A stretch of DNA of 64,000 nucleotides from Eledone cirrhosa (GCA_964016885.1 OZ024742.1:191704001-191768000); one strand, 5' to 3'. Shown: positions 28,628-45,312, counted from the first letter of the stretch. Translations and numbers: made by a program. Notes: generated from the letters alone by a model not told the origin.

Positions 28628-28952
28628 CCTTGTCTGGCTTTCTGGAGAATAGGGGGAAGGTGTTCCCCCGAAAAACCAGTATGACTCTAAAAACCGGTTT
28701 GTCTGTGTGTTTACATACAGAATAGCTGGGCCGCTCACTGTAAAGCGACCAGTGAAAGACTTGGTACACCTACATATGTATACGTGTGTGTATTCATATA
28801 CACACTAGTATTTCAGTATGCATATGTAGATGTACATTTTTAACTTAATTGTTTAAGCGTCAGTCATACAAAAGTGAGTTACAAACGAAGCGAAATTTAA
28901 TTTCGTTTCGTTATTTGTTTTTATATATATATACTTATATATATATATACAT

Positions 28953-29140
28953 ATTAGAGCAAACATCACGGGCGCTCTATCTCAAAATTATTTTTGTAAA
29001 GCATTAGAAATGCGCAACCGGTAAAAACTGAAAACTAAAACTGAATACTAACCAATACTTATTACTCATTTTTACTTATTCCTAATTCAACTATTTTTCG
29101 CTGGGAATAATTTGGCAGCTTTTCTTTTCCTTTTTACTAA
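28953..29140 (+). mobile_element. Solo 3' end (pseudo-LTR) of the Neptune-type PLE
   Basis: Matches 36743-36920 and 39235-39395; sits between TA tracts. Confidence 0.8.
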
Positions 29141-29483
29141 TATATATATATATATACACATATATATATACAGATTGAGAGGGAGAGAGAGAGAGAGGGG
29201 AGAGAGAACCAGTAGAAAATGCCAATAGATGTTAATCATGGAAAAACAGAAAAACATTTTTTTTGAAAGTTAGTGCCGGTTTTAGTCCATAACTATTACG
29301 ACTTCCTCACACATGAAACAATATATATAATAAAAAAACATAATAAAGTTATATTGTATTAGAAGAGAATATTAAACAACATAGTTTACATATAGAGAAT
29401 TCACATTTTCGCCTCTCTCTCTCTATCTCTCTCTCCCTCTTTCTCTCTTTTCCTTGGTAATATGGTGGTAGTAGCAGTCAAAA

Positions 29484-30511
29484 TAATTTTTTCTGCTTTT
29501 GGCACAAAGGCAGCAATTATCACAGTGCATTACTGGTACTTTATTTTATCCACCCCGTAATGATGAAAGGCGAATTTAACCTCGGCGGGATTTGAACTCA
29601 GAACATAAAGAGACGTAACTCTATGATGCAAAACATGGCGTCCGACCGGCTACCGATACTACCAATCTACCAAGAGTCGGGTTGTCGTCTGTCACTGTCT
29701 GCTGACTGTTGACTTCAATGGCAGTAGTAACAGTAGAGGGGAAGAAAAACAGAGGAAGTAGAGGAGATGAAAGAAAAGGCGGAGAATGTGTAGTAATGAT
29801 AAAAGCAATATAGAAGAGGAAGAGTAAAGAAAAGGAAGAAGGAAAAGCGGGACAAGAAGGAGTTATTCTTTACACCAACATAAGAAAAAACATAGGAGTA
29901 TTGGCAGGGTGACATGAGCTTTGGATTATATGTTTTACTGTAGGTAATTTAGCTGTCTGTGATTGGAGTTCAAATTCTGCCCCAGGTTAACATTATCTTT
30001 CATTCTTTCGTGGTCGATAAATAATTTTTTCTACTTTTGGCACAAGACCAGCAATTATCTTAGTACATTACTGGTACTTTATTTTATCGACCCCGTAAGG
30101 ATGAGAGGCAAAATCAACCTCGTTGGAATTTGAACTCAGACTCTATGCTGCAAAGTATGGCCTCCGACCCTCTAACGATACTGCCAATCCCCCGCCCTAG
30201 TGGTCGATAAATAATTGTTTCTTCTTTTGGCAGAAGGCCAGCAATTACTGTGCATTACTGGTACATTATTTTATGGACCTCGTAAGGATGAAAGGCAAAG
30301 TTAACCTAGTGGTCGATAAATAATTGTTTCTACTTTTTGGCACAAGGCCAGCAAATACCCAGTGCATTACTGGTACCATATTTTATCGACCCCGTAAGGA
30401 TGAAAGGCAAAGTTAACCTCGGCGGGATTTGAACTCAGAATGACAAGGGCCGTAACTCTATGCGTCAAAGCATGGCGTCCGACCCTCTACCGATACTGCC
30501 AATCCACCGTC
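29484..30511 (-). mobile_element. Cluster of tRNA-derived SINE copies (29484-29671, 30021-30198, 30211-30307 partial, 30319-30511)
   Basis: Reverse complements of the SINE at 55676; B-box GAGTTCAAATCC; central GCCTTTCATCCTTACGGGGTCGATAAAATAAAGTACCAG. Confidence 0.85.
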
Positions 30512-32142
30512 AATAAATAATATCCTTTTCTAATAGCGTCATTACTACACATTCTCCGCCTTTTCTTTCATCTCCTACTACTGCCTCTTTTTATGGAATT
30601 AGAACCTCTGCCGAAAGGAGTAGTAGTATTTATTCCGGCCCCTTCAGTTCTGAGTTTACATTCTACCTCTTTTCCTCGGCTTCCACCTGGCGGGATGCAG
30701 GTCCCTCCTGATTCTGTTATCAATGACATACCTCCAGTATTAGATGGAGTGAGGCGTTGATTTGATTAACATCAAAATCACATAAATAAAATACGAAGAG
30801 AATAGATATAGTAGACTAAATACTAGGACACAATAGTACCTACGTAATAAACACTTTGTTTCGACTTTTGTTTGATATAATAATTTCCTATTGAACTACA
30901 TCAATGTGTATGTAAAAACGCTCCCCTGTAGCTACTAATGGAATTACGACTGGTAAAACCGTCGTGGTATGTTATAATTCTTTCACAATAACCGAACCTA
31001 CACATGTACAAAGGAAAAGTTTTATTAATTTATAAGTTGAAAAGAATCATTAATAATTCCATTTTTCTCTATCTTAGAACTTGTATCTAGAGGTTGAGTA
31101 TATAAGATATGTTATTATCTTGGGATATCTACGTATTTTGCTAATTTCTAGATTTTTTTCATGTATGTATGCTTTTATTAACACCTAAAAATAATCACGC
31201 AAATTCACTATATTTTGGATATATTGCTTTCAAAATCCTGATAAGTTACACTTGGTTTGAGAACATTTACTCAGTATTATTTACTCAGTATTATTGCAAT
31301 ATTTTATTCTCTCGGAAAACCTCTGTTAATTTCCTTCAAAATTCTGTGCCAGTGAACATAATTACTATTCTAATCAGTAACAGTTCCCATTGGGCATTAC
31401 AGTACATTGGCTACACGATATTCCTAGTTTTCTTTTCCCGAGATTAAACAAAATAAATTGTTCGAACATGTCACGTAATCTATTTTATAATTCTCCTTCA
31501 AAGGATTTACTCTTTTGCAACATTTCAGCTACATAGTTGCAAATTGTAACATACATGGATGTTGATGTAACAAGTATAATGACACCACATGGATCATACC
31601 ATGGACTGTCGTGGCAGCAATGCTGAATGGTGAATGGATTCGCATCTTGAGAAAGTGTCATTGACTATAGCCTAAAGTGGACCCGTCTTTTTATACTAAG
31701 GACAAGGAAATTGTTTGAAAGCACGTCAGATAAACTAATTGCAACTGTAATTCAAAGGGCCAGTTATGTCATACATCGTCACGCTGATCTCAATGAAAAT
31801 TAAGTTAAAATTACACTTGTCTATGGAATACTCGATCACGTACACATTAATCCACGTGGTAGACGTTCAGTTGATTGAACAAATGCATGATCTTTGTTCA
31901 AACCGACGTAGACCCATCATGCTCAGTCAATCACACGTTAATTTCATAAGCAGACTGTTCCATTGATTTATCAAGTAGAACAACCATCCTCGAAACCGGC
32001 AGAGGTCCATCTTAGTTCGGATAACTTGGTTGTTGCAGTTACAACAGAAGTCAGGTGATGGTGACAGCTGCAGTAAGAGGAATTCTGTTTCTTCTGTACC
32101 AAAATCATTGTGGTTATATATATATATATATATATATATATA

Positions 32143-34835
32143 CGATATTAATAAATGGAAACTATATTTATAAAACCATATTTATTTCATTATACATATT
32201 TCAGGGATACCACATTATATTATGGTATGCCTTCATCAGACAAAATACAATATATAACAGTTTTACAAATATCTTTGACGTACCCTTTTAAAATACAACC
32301 ATTACTTTTGGAGGCTGTCTGGATAGTGATTTGTTTACATTGTTTTAATAAGTCATAGTGTTAAGCACAATTAGAAAAAGACGGAGAGAAAGAAAAAGAA
32401 AAAGACGGAGAGAGAGAAAGAAAGAGAAAGAAAACCTGGAGAAATATCGGAGAGAGAGAGAAATGTATGGAGAAAAGAAAGAGATAAATAAAGATAGGAG
32501 GAAATAAAAAATAAAAAAGAATAAAGAAAGAAAAGGAAGAAATAACAAAAACAAATGAAAGCAACAGAAAGATATCAAGTCATCATACAGAGAGAAAAAT
32601 TCAAGAGAGAGAAATATTATATAGAGAGAGGGGTGGGGGGGGGGGACAATGACAACTTTACGTCATGTCATATTAAGTTGAGTTAACAATTCATATGAAA
32701 TGAATAATAAAAATATAAGTATCAATATTCATGAATGGGACATAGATATATAATATGAGAAATTAAACATTGTTCAATAATGACTATATGTTTAGTTTAG
32801 AAACTTGAGATCAATATACCAAAATCTGAGTTCAAAATGTACCCTTGCTATAGAGATCAGTATTTTATGCAAAGACATACAAATATATATATGCATATAT
32901 ATATATACATAGATACGCACGTCCTGAAAATAGAAATTATGTTTACTCAAGCCAACAATATAGCCATACAAAACGTAAATGATTTCTCTTAATCACTGCT
33001 ATACATTCCTTGTGTTATAAAAACTTCACAGTATATATATACAAATATATACGATTAACATTCAAGTCCTCATATATACGATTACCATTCATGTGGTTAA
33101 TATTATGCATATCTCCAACATAGCTCTCAACCACATAGATACATACATATACATATATACACATACATATGTATAAATATTTGCGTGCGTCGTCACGCAT
33201 CGCTCATGTATATATACAGACATATATAGTCACAAAAAAACCTATAAGACTTTTTATGCATATTAATATACACATATGCATCTGTATAGAGATAAACAAA
33301 TATCAATATATTGCTAAAGGATTATAACTTGTAAATATAACCATAACAATATAAATTTAAAATACCAAATGAATATATTTTGGAAGTGTAACTATATCAG
33401 TATAGACAAAAGAAATCTAGAAATATCAAAGCATTAAATATCATTAAAACACTATAGTGTATCTTAAGTTAAAATAATATGTTTTATATATTTAGTATAG
33501 AAATTTATCCTACGTATATCTCAATCAAGATATTGAAAGGGTAGACTTATGAAAGTAATGAGAAGCTATTATAATCAAAACAAATCAATAAAAATAATTT
33601 AAAAGATTTAAAAACCCAATGATTCTACAGATAACCGTATAGAAATTTACCTTACGTATATTTTATTTAATACATTGGAAGTATAGACATTTTAGAGTAG
33701 TTTATTATATCCTTGTTTATATTTAGGAAGAAAGTTTAAAAAGAAAAAGGTGAAGGAAGCTAATGATTTATCGACAGGTTCCATATATTAACTAAAATTA
33801 CTTAATTAATTATACTACATTTTAAATTTATATTTATATTTAAACGTTGAGTTCTATCTATGTCTGCAGCAACTGAATAAATTGTTCCTTAGATTAAGGG
33901 AATTTTTGAACTTTAATATAAAGAATATTTCTTCAATACAAAGACCACAATTCTCTGAAGAGGAATTAAAAGGAGTAGCTTCTGAAATAATATTCCAATT
34001 CATCGAATATTTAATATTATCTCGTTTTAGGTCCCATAGTAGGCTAGATAGCGAAGTTGAAGATCTCTTGTTTGGATCTGTGAAAGAATTCTTATGATTA
34101 TTGAAGCGAAATTTAAATCTGTAGAGGTGGAACCAACATAGTTAAAAGAATTTAAATTAGTTTTAACATTACAATTGTACACTACATTTTTAGCTAAGCA
34201 GTTGTTATTTAACGGACAGTTAGATTTATTTCTACAGTTACAGTTATTTAATTGAATATTGTTTGGGTTATTATTGGTATTTTGGTTAGGTTTTAAATTC
34301 CTATTATTAATTCTATTAATATTTTGTGCTAAATTTTTGGTGGACGAGTAAGTTAATTTTATAGTGTGTCTATTAAAAATTGAGTAATATCTATGTGTTC
34401 TAGGGAAGCGTGTGTCAAGAGCTTTAAAGAATAGTTTAGCAATAGGGGTTTTAATATTTAGAGGAAAGGGGGAGCAAACCAAAATATATTTCTAGTTCTG
34501 TTTCTTTTTCGGCTTTTGGAATTATTGTAATGTTTACTATTATAGTTGTTAAAGTTGTTACCGTAATTGAAATTGTTATTATTTTGGTTAGTTTGCTTAT
34601 TATTATTATTATTATTATTATCGATGTATTTAATTTTATTTCTATATCCAGCTCTACCTAACGCTTCGTTGTAATACTGCGCTTTTTCATCAAATATATT
34701 TTTATTAGATGAAATTCTTGAAATTCGTTCTTGAGTAGAGTTCACTATAGTATTTTTAACAGATCTGGGGTGATTAGAGTTAAAGTTGACATGATTCAAG
34801 TTCTCATTTAGTTTGTAAAATGGATAGTGAAGACA
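32143..34835 (-). mobile_element. 5'-truncated Naiad-type PLE (thumb + GIY-YIG remnants 33840-34830, long 3' region)
   Basis: YPFYKLNENL..NSNHP, WFAPPF, CNCRNKSNCPLNNNCL..VVY..YVGST; ends at hammerhead then TA tract. Confidence 0.8.
32183..32247 (-). ncRNA. Type I hammerhead ribozyme at PLE 3' end
   Basis: UAUUUUGU-CUGAUGA-AGG.AUACCAUA..UGUGGUAU.CCU-GAAA-UAUGU-AUA^-AUGAAAUA. Confidence 0.65.
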
Positions 34836-34919
34836 TGTATTGAGATTTGTAAAAGGACCATAGAATGAACCAAATACGCCTCCGTAAACAATAACTCTCT
34901 GCTCGAGTGGGACATGGTG

Positions 34920-36322
34920 AAAACACCTGTTACTTACGGCTACAAGAACTAAAGGACACACTCATAGGCAGGGACTACCCTGCATCACTAAATGACAATG
35001 GAATCCAATGTGCCCTAAAACTCAGTACCCAGGACCTTAGACACCCTAAAGTAAATAAACCGAAACTAAAAGCTCTTCCATACATCTCCACACACAACCC
35101 CCTCAACAATGAGGCCTTTGACACCATCCTCCAGAACATCCCTGTGTTGTAAAAGGACCATAGAATGAATCAAATCCTACGAACACACGATGTCATAAAG
35201 AGCAAAAGACAATCTAAGTCAATGAAAAACATCCTAACACATTTAAAAGTACTGCCAACCACAATAACGAAACGCACATTAAGAACATGCGATAGACACA
35301 ACTGTGGCATTTGCATCAACCTAATAGAGGGTTCGGAATTCTATTTCAAACAAGTACAACGTTTTATAGTAAAACCCAATTTCACATCCGCATCAGAAAA
35401 TCTAATATATGTATTAACTTGATCAGGTTGTCGAAAGCAATACATAGGCCAGACCAAAGACAGCCTCCGCAAACGCATGACTGTCCATAGATCCCAAATT
35501 AAAATACGGGAATACAGGAAAATACCACTGAGTGAACACATTGATACCTGTGCCACTCAAAATCATCCCAACTTCAGAATCTTTCCCCTCTACAAATTTA
35601 AAGATAATGCCACCTATACTCAGCGCATCAGCAAGGAATCTTACTTTATTAACAAATACGAACCCCGTCTAAACACTTATCCCTAAGACGAACCCACAAT
35701 ATACACACGTCAGCATACATACCTACATCAGCATACATCTCTACCCACATATAAACACAATGACATACGTAAACACATGTTCTATGGTGCAACACAAATA
35801 TACACAAATTTGCATACCTTTTGATGTCTATAGATATAAACGTGCCGACACACACACACATACATAAACGCACACATGCATTGCACACTGATGGGCACAT
35901 ACATATTTGTACACATTTATTCCAATACGGCAAGGCCTAATGAATTCCCCTTGTAGTACGTACAATCTGGACACACTCCAGATACATGTGTACAATTTGT
36001 GCACAAGTATACAATTTGTGCACAGGTATACAATTTCTGGACACACTCCAGATAAATATTTGTGCACAGGTATTCCAATACGGCAAGGCCTCATGGATCC
36101 CCCTTGCAGTACGTACAATCTGGACACACTCACACACACCTTGGTATTATACCAATACTATATATCATTTCACACCTTTTATTAAGGTTTTTGATGTTCT
36201 ATTGAGATAATCGATTTAACTGAAAATATCGAATAATGTACACCATTTTACCAGAAATAAATACTGGTCCCCCCCACACACAAACACATTCTCACACAAA
36301 CGCACACATACACACACACACA

Positions 36323-36396
<74 letters not shown>

Positions 36397-36918
36397 GAAT
36401 TGTCTTAATAGGCATTTGAACTGTCAACAGGCTGCGGTTTGCACACACATTCCTGCTGACTATTATCACAACAACGAACCTCTTTACTACTACTACTACA
36501 CACACACACACACACATATTTGTTGTGAAACACTTCTTTCTCAGTGACTTCTCAATCTGCCGACACAAACCTACATTTGGCGAAAAATCAATTGTTTACT
36601 TTCACATGACCTCTACCGACCAATCAAAGTTGTTTTGACCACAAGAATTTTTGCAACACGAATTGGCGCAAAACTTATTTTAATACCGCTGGAGCCACTT
36701 TTCTAACATAAAAAAGGTAGAATTCCCAAAACTAATCAGATCAGAGCAAACATCACGGACGCTCTATCTCAAAATTATTTTTGAAAAGCATTAGAAATGC
36801 GCAACCGGTAAAATTTAAAACCAAAACTGAATACTAACCAATACTATTACTAATTCTCACTTATTCCTAATTTCACCGTGAACAATTTGTTAGCATTTTC
36901 TTTTCCGTTTACCAATAT

Positions 36919-36920
<2 letters not shown>
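34920..36920 (+). mobile_element. Neptune-type PLE, 5'-truncated and decayed (GIY-YIG region to 35686, then 3' region/pLTR)
   Basis: CDRHNCGIC linker, NLIYVLT..QYIGQT..LRKRMTVH, ESYFINKY; stops present; ends at (TA)n. Confidence 0.85.
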
Positions 36921-37016
<96 letters not shown>

Positions 37017-37099
37017 TATATATATATATATACATATATATTTATATATATATATATATACATATATATATGTATATATATTTAAAAGAATAGAGGTGT

Positions 37100-39633
<2,534 letters not shown>

Positions 39634-39684
39634 CAGATATATATACAGATATATATATATATACACATGTATATATATATATAT

Positions 39685-42020
39685 AACTTTGATAACTTTG
39701 ATAGGTTTCAGCCAGTATTGGCCCAGGCCATGTCTAACTTAATATCACCACCTGGCGAAGTCTTACAAATCAGTGTTTGGGCACCATGGCCCACTCGAGC
39801 AGAGAGTTATTGTTTACGGAGGCGTATCCGGGTGTAGGAGGCTTATCCGGGATTTCTTATAGGAATTTATCCAAAGACTTCTTGAACTTGATGGGGTCTG
39901 TCTCTGCTTTGATGTGTTTTGGTGTAATGTTAAAGAGTGTAGGGCCAATTGAGGTGAAATAATTGTGCCGTATTGTTGTTATGTGATGCGAGTGGGATTG
40001 TTTGCGTGGGCGGATAGCACGGGGTCCAAGCCTTGGGTGTACACTAAAGGTGATGCCAACATCATTTGGGCTAAGCTGATGGAATATTTTCCACATCATA
40101 CAGATAATGTAGCGCTCACGGCGACGTTGAAGAGAATAAAGTTTGAGCTTTTCTAAACGACCCCAATAGTGAAGGCCTGTCATGCCAACTATCTTTTTTG
40201 TAATTGACTTTGGGATGCTTCAACTTTCATGATACATTGTTTCGTGTGTGGTGACTACAGTGGACAACAGTATTCAAGGTGGGGTCGGGTAAAAGTGGAG
40301 AAGAGAAGGACAACAGTGGGGATATCTCTCGACTGGAAAGTTCTGAGAATCCAGGAACACATTCTGCGGGCCATATCAACGTTACTGTTTATATGAGTGG
40401 CCCAGCTTATATTGTTGTCCACAATTATTCCCAGGTCTCTGGTGTTATTGGAAGCCACTAGAGTTTCACCCGAAGGAAGAGAATATGGTTGTTTCAGGGC
40501 ATCCTTTTTTCCAAAGTGGATTAGTTCAAATGTATCCTCATTCAACAGCATATTATTCATCTCTGCCCATTGGATAACAGCCAGTAGGTCTGACTGAAGG
40601 CAAGTCCAGTCACCCACCTCATTGATGACCCTTTGGAGCTTGGAATCATCTGCGAAGATTCTGATGTTGCTGTGTTTGATGATGTCAGTAATGTCATTAA
40701 TATAGATGATGAAAAGAAGTGGGCCCAACACAGTGCCTTGTGGGACGCCACTGCTGACTTTGGCAGGGCTTGATTTTACTCCTTCGACTACAACATACTT
40801 GGTTCTGCCTGTCAGGAAACATTTGATCCACTGTAGTAACCTTCCAGAGACACCAACATTGGATAGTTTTTTCAGTAGAATCTTATGATCAACACTGTCG
40901 AAAGCCTCACTGAGATCAAGGTAGATGACACCACTGTTGGAGCCCTCTCCCAATTCTCAAAACATCGTCAAAGTGATGCAGGAGCTGCGTTAGGCAGTCC
41001 CTTCCATTACGGAACCCATGTTGGTTGGAGTTCAGCAGGCCGTTGCTTTCAAGAAAGTGGGTTATTCGTGATTTCACCACCCTCTCAATTACCTTGATAA
41101 TATGAGAGGTGAGTGAGATCGGACGGTAGTTCACTGCAAGGGACTTATTTCCCTTTTTGAAGACTGGGACAACGGACTGGGACAGAAAGTTTTCAGGAAT
41201 ATAGCCAGTGTCCAGTGAGTTCCTCCACAGATTAGCAAGAGGAGTTGCAAGTTGGTGTCGACACACCTTCAAGACACAAGCAGGGAACTTGTCGGAGCCT
41301 ACTGCTGAATGGTGTTTAATTTTTTTTATTGCCGCTAAGAAATCAGGGGCGCCAAACGTTATGTCTGATATAGTGTGTTGGGGGTTAATATCACTGATAC
41401 GGCCCAGATCGGCCATATCAGAGTTGCTGAAAACAGGGCAGTATAGTTTCTGCAGTAACACGCCCATGGTTTTGGCATTGTCCTGGAGTGTGCCATTTTC
41501 ATCAAGTAGGGAGCCAACAGTGGAGACGGTGACCTTGTGTTTTTTTAGCGAATGAGAAGAACACTTTGGGGTTGAGTTTGGCCCACCTCTCTTCAACTAC
41601 TCTCTGGTTATTGATCATTGTCATCATCCATTGCTGGAGGTTATTTTTTTTTTACTCAATCAGGGTGATAGCCATTGAATATGTGTGTTGCTGTTGGCAG
41701 TAATTTTGTGTGTTAATTTTTTTGTTTGTTCTTTTTATTTTTCTGATAATTATTTTTCTGTTTTGGGGGATACTGCACTTGGTTTTGTTCACACGTTTTG
41801 GAGGGTGTGTTTTGTACATATATTTGTGACAGTGTCTACAAAGATCTGCCAAAATGTGTTGATGTTGTTCGAAGTGTGTGCGTGTGTAAAAGACCAGTCG
41901 ACATGCGATAGTTCGTTCCTAATTGCATCCCGGTTGGCATTGTAGGGATCCATGTTATCAAATGGGTGGGCTGGAGAGAGGACCCTGGGATTAGCTTTCG
42001 GCTGGTGGAATCTCAGGTTA
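39685..42020 (-). mobile_element. CR1-clade LINE, 5'-truncated, decayed RT
   Basis: NYRPISLTS, QHGFR, YLDLSEAFDSVDH, SGVPQGTVLGPLLF, FADD, RPHLEYC, LYSLQRRRER; short tandem tail (TATCAAAGT). Confidence 0.9.
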
Positions 42021-42049
42021 CAAAGAACCTATATATATATATATATATG

Positions 42050-42185
42050 TGTGCATGTATGTATATATATATACATACTACTGTACGTCTGTATACATAT
42101 ATGTATGTACGTGTACATACTAATATTTAAGGAACAGCCGTACTAAGAGTGGGAAATGAAATTTCGTTTCATTTTTTCCGTTCAT
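42050..42185 (+). mobile_element. Diverged 3' fragment of the 467-bp hammerhead family
   Basis: ctactgtacgtctgtatacatatatgtatgtacgt...tactaagagtgggaaatg..atttcgtttcatt; ends into (TA)n at the same phase as 25155. Confidence 0.75.
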
Positions 42186-42305
42186 ATATATATATATATA
42201 TATATACATATATATATAGAGAGATATATACATATATATGTATACATATATGTATATATATAGATGTATACATATATATATATATAGATATATACATATA
42301 TATAT

Positions 42306-42455
<150 letters not shown>

Positions 42456-42989
42456 CTAAGTCCAAAATTAAGATAAAATGAATTAAATGAATTTAATCTA
42501 AATCGAAATCATGGGTGCCATGACATAATGCATGCGCCATATATCCTGGGAATTTAAGCTCAAAGATAAATAATCCGAGCATATTATAATAACTAGAGAT
42601 TGATTAACATATAAATATACATGAATAATCACAGGAGATAATTTTTGCTCGCGTGTAACCACGCATAGCTAGTATAGGTAATATTTACCTTTAAGAGTGA
42701 TTAATCTTTCATTTTATATATCCCATTAAAGAAATATATTTCACCAATTAATCAGATGGTAAGTCACGGAAAGTGGATATTATTGGATTGTCAACAAGGA
42801 AAGTAATAATTTCCAACTATTTGTGCTTACAGAGTGAGTTCAAATCTTCAACTAGCCGTCACCACGTGTTGCGTCCACACAAGATAGCGGTTTCGTTTCA
42901 GTGGCGTGAATAGGTATTCGACAACTAGAAATAGCAGTCAAATTCTCTTCAACAGAAATAGCTCTACAATTATAGAAATAGCTCTACAA

Positions 42990-43750
42990 TTGTGATAGCA
43001 GACTTCATGTCGTGGAATGTAGTGAGTTAAAGTGAATTAAATTGATGATAGTGGGAGGGATGGATAGAGAGGGAGAGAGAGAGGGGGGAGATATAAAGAG
43101 ATAAATATATATATATATATATATAAAGATAAAAATAATAATGACAACAATAAAAGCAAAGAAGGGGGTGAGAAAGAAGAAAAGAAAAGATAGCCAAGAA
43201 GGGGAGGTAAGGAAGGAAGAAAACGAAGAAATAGCAGAGGAATGAGGGAGAAGAGAGGGATATATGCATTGGTTTTGTGGGTAATTAAAAGGGTTTAGAT
43301 ACAACAAGAGGGTATAAAGTCTAAGTATATGCAGTTTGTCAGTTGGTAGTAAGAGGTTAACGGTTCGATTTGTAGTGCGAACACTTCTCTTTGAGTCTAT
43401 GGTTACAATAAATTGATCTTTAGATTTTATTGTTGAGTAACTTATTCTTCGAACTCAAGACGTGGAACAGCTCAAGGTCGCATAATCGACAGCTTCTCAT
43501 ACCACTCCGATATGGGGGCGCGTTCGATAATTTTTTCCACTTCAGGGTGTATTGATGGTTACTTTCCCTCAATTGCCAGGGCTTGTTTGCAAGGGTAGTT
43601 ACATAACGATGCTGGTAATGTTTCATTGCGTAAGGGTGTGTATACCAACGGGCTTTAAATGTATTCCCAGTAGCTCCGATGTAATACCATTTCTGATTGT
43701 CTGATTCCACTGTGCATTGGTAAACCAGGTTAGACTGCATACATTCATTA
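42990..43750 (-). mobile_element. Naiad-type PLE 3' part (GIY-YIG 43420-43750 plus pyrimidine-rich 3' region)
   Basis: NLVYQCTV..YIGATGNTFKARWYTH..TTLA..CRLCDLE..LLN. Confidence 0.8.
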
Positions 43751-43751
43751 T

Positions 43752-44850
43752 GGAAGGAATTACATAGGAAATACAAAAAAACTAACGAGGCGGCACTGAT
43801 AAACATCAACAACGAAGCACACAATATAGTCAAACACCTAGGAATAGACGATAGAACGGAGCCACTTAGGCCCTGTACCCCCACATTTAACCTCAAGGAC
43901 CACAAGGTAAATTTTGATTATAACCCCACAATTAGACTTATATGCCCGTCCAAATCGGACATCGGGAAAATTAGTAAACATATATTAGACAGAGTGATAG
44001 CACAAATGAAGAATAACCTAGTGATTAAACTATCGGGTAACGTTACCGAAACAATTAAGTGGTTTAACAATATAGCTAACAAAGAAGTATCTAAATTTAT
44101 ACAATTTGACATTAACGTTTATTACTCATCTATATCCCCCAACACATTGGATAAAGCCTTAGCTTGCTTTCGCCAAAGCCAATTCTGACATAACAGACGA
44201 CGAGATAAAAATCATATTAGCTGCTAGGAAAACAATAATCAAATTTGAAAACGCCTATTGTGAACGTAAGGATAGATTAAATAACTTTGACATCACGATG
44301 GGGTCTAACGACTCGGCTCAAGTCACAGATTTAGTAGGTATTTACATAGCCCATAGTTTATAAAGTGAGTTTAGTGACCTTCTCCTAGTTAAGAGCCTAA
44401 ATAAGCAGAGCATAGAAAGACTCCGTAAGATTATTAGGAAGACTCTCGGAAAACTAGGCCTTAGCATAACGTATGAGTATAGCACTAAAACAGTTAACTT
44501 TCTAGACGCGACGCTTAACCTAAATACGGGACTTATAAGACCTTTTCACAAGATTAATGAAAACTTAGCATTCATCAACTGTAACTCAAACCACCCACTA
44601 TCCATAATTAATCTCCCTCATTTATCTTCTATATTTATCTTCTATATTTATCTAACTATATATACTGTTTACTGTAAACAGGTGGGGTAGTTGGCCTTGA
44701 TAAGCTTCAACCAAAGCGAAACAAGACTTGTCGGCTTATCTCCACTGTATGCCGAGATCAAAGTGAGTGAATTTGTCACTACTTTAAAACAATAGCTTAC
44801 GGTCTTCAAAATGCTTTTAATTAAGCATAAAGTGTATTGCAAAATACATT
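43752..44850 (+). mobile_element. Naiad-type PLE RT fragment (decayed) joined to a hammerhead-bearing 3' end
   Basis: LKDHK, RLICPSKSDIGKISK, FIQFDI..YYSSI, MGSNDSAQVTDLVGIY, NFLD, SNHP. Confidence 0.82.
44693..44736 (+). ncRNA. Type I hammerhead, U3-A8 core variant
   Basis: ggcc TTGATAA gctt caacca aagc GAAA caag a cttg TC ggct. Confidence 0.7.
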
Positions 44851-44858
44851 ATATATAC

Positions 44859-45311
<453 letters not shown>

Positions 45312-45312
45312 C

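Larger units (their letters stand above)
27513..28924. mobile_element. Hammerhead-containing 468-bp unit element, ~1.3 + ~1.7 units head-to-head, in (TA)n
   Basis: Left arm 27513-28123, short filler, right arm 28134-28924; period 468 (gaaactagtt at 28143 and 28611). Confidence 0.9.

Noticed and set aside
35417-35425. In-frame TGA at a conserved Cys, possible selenocysteine (known in some Naiad PLEs)
   Set aside because: The paralogue has TGC and this copy has other stops; the Naiad at 13-15.6 kb uses normal Cys codons
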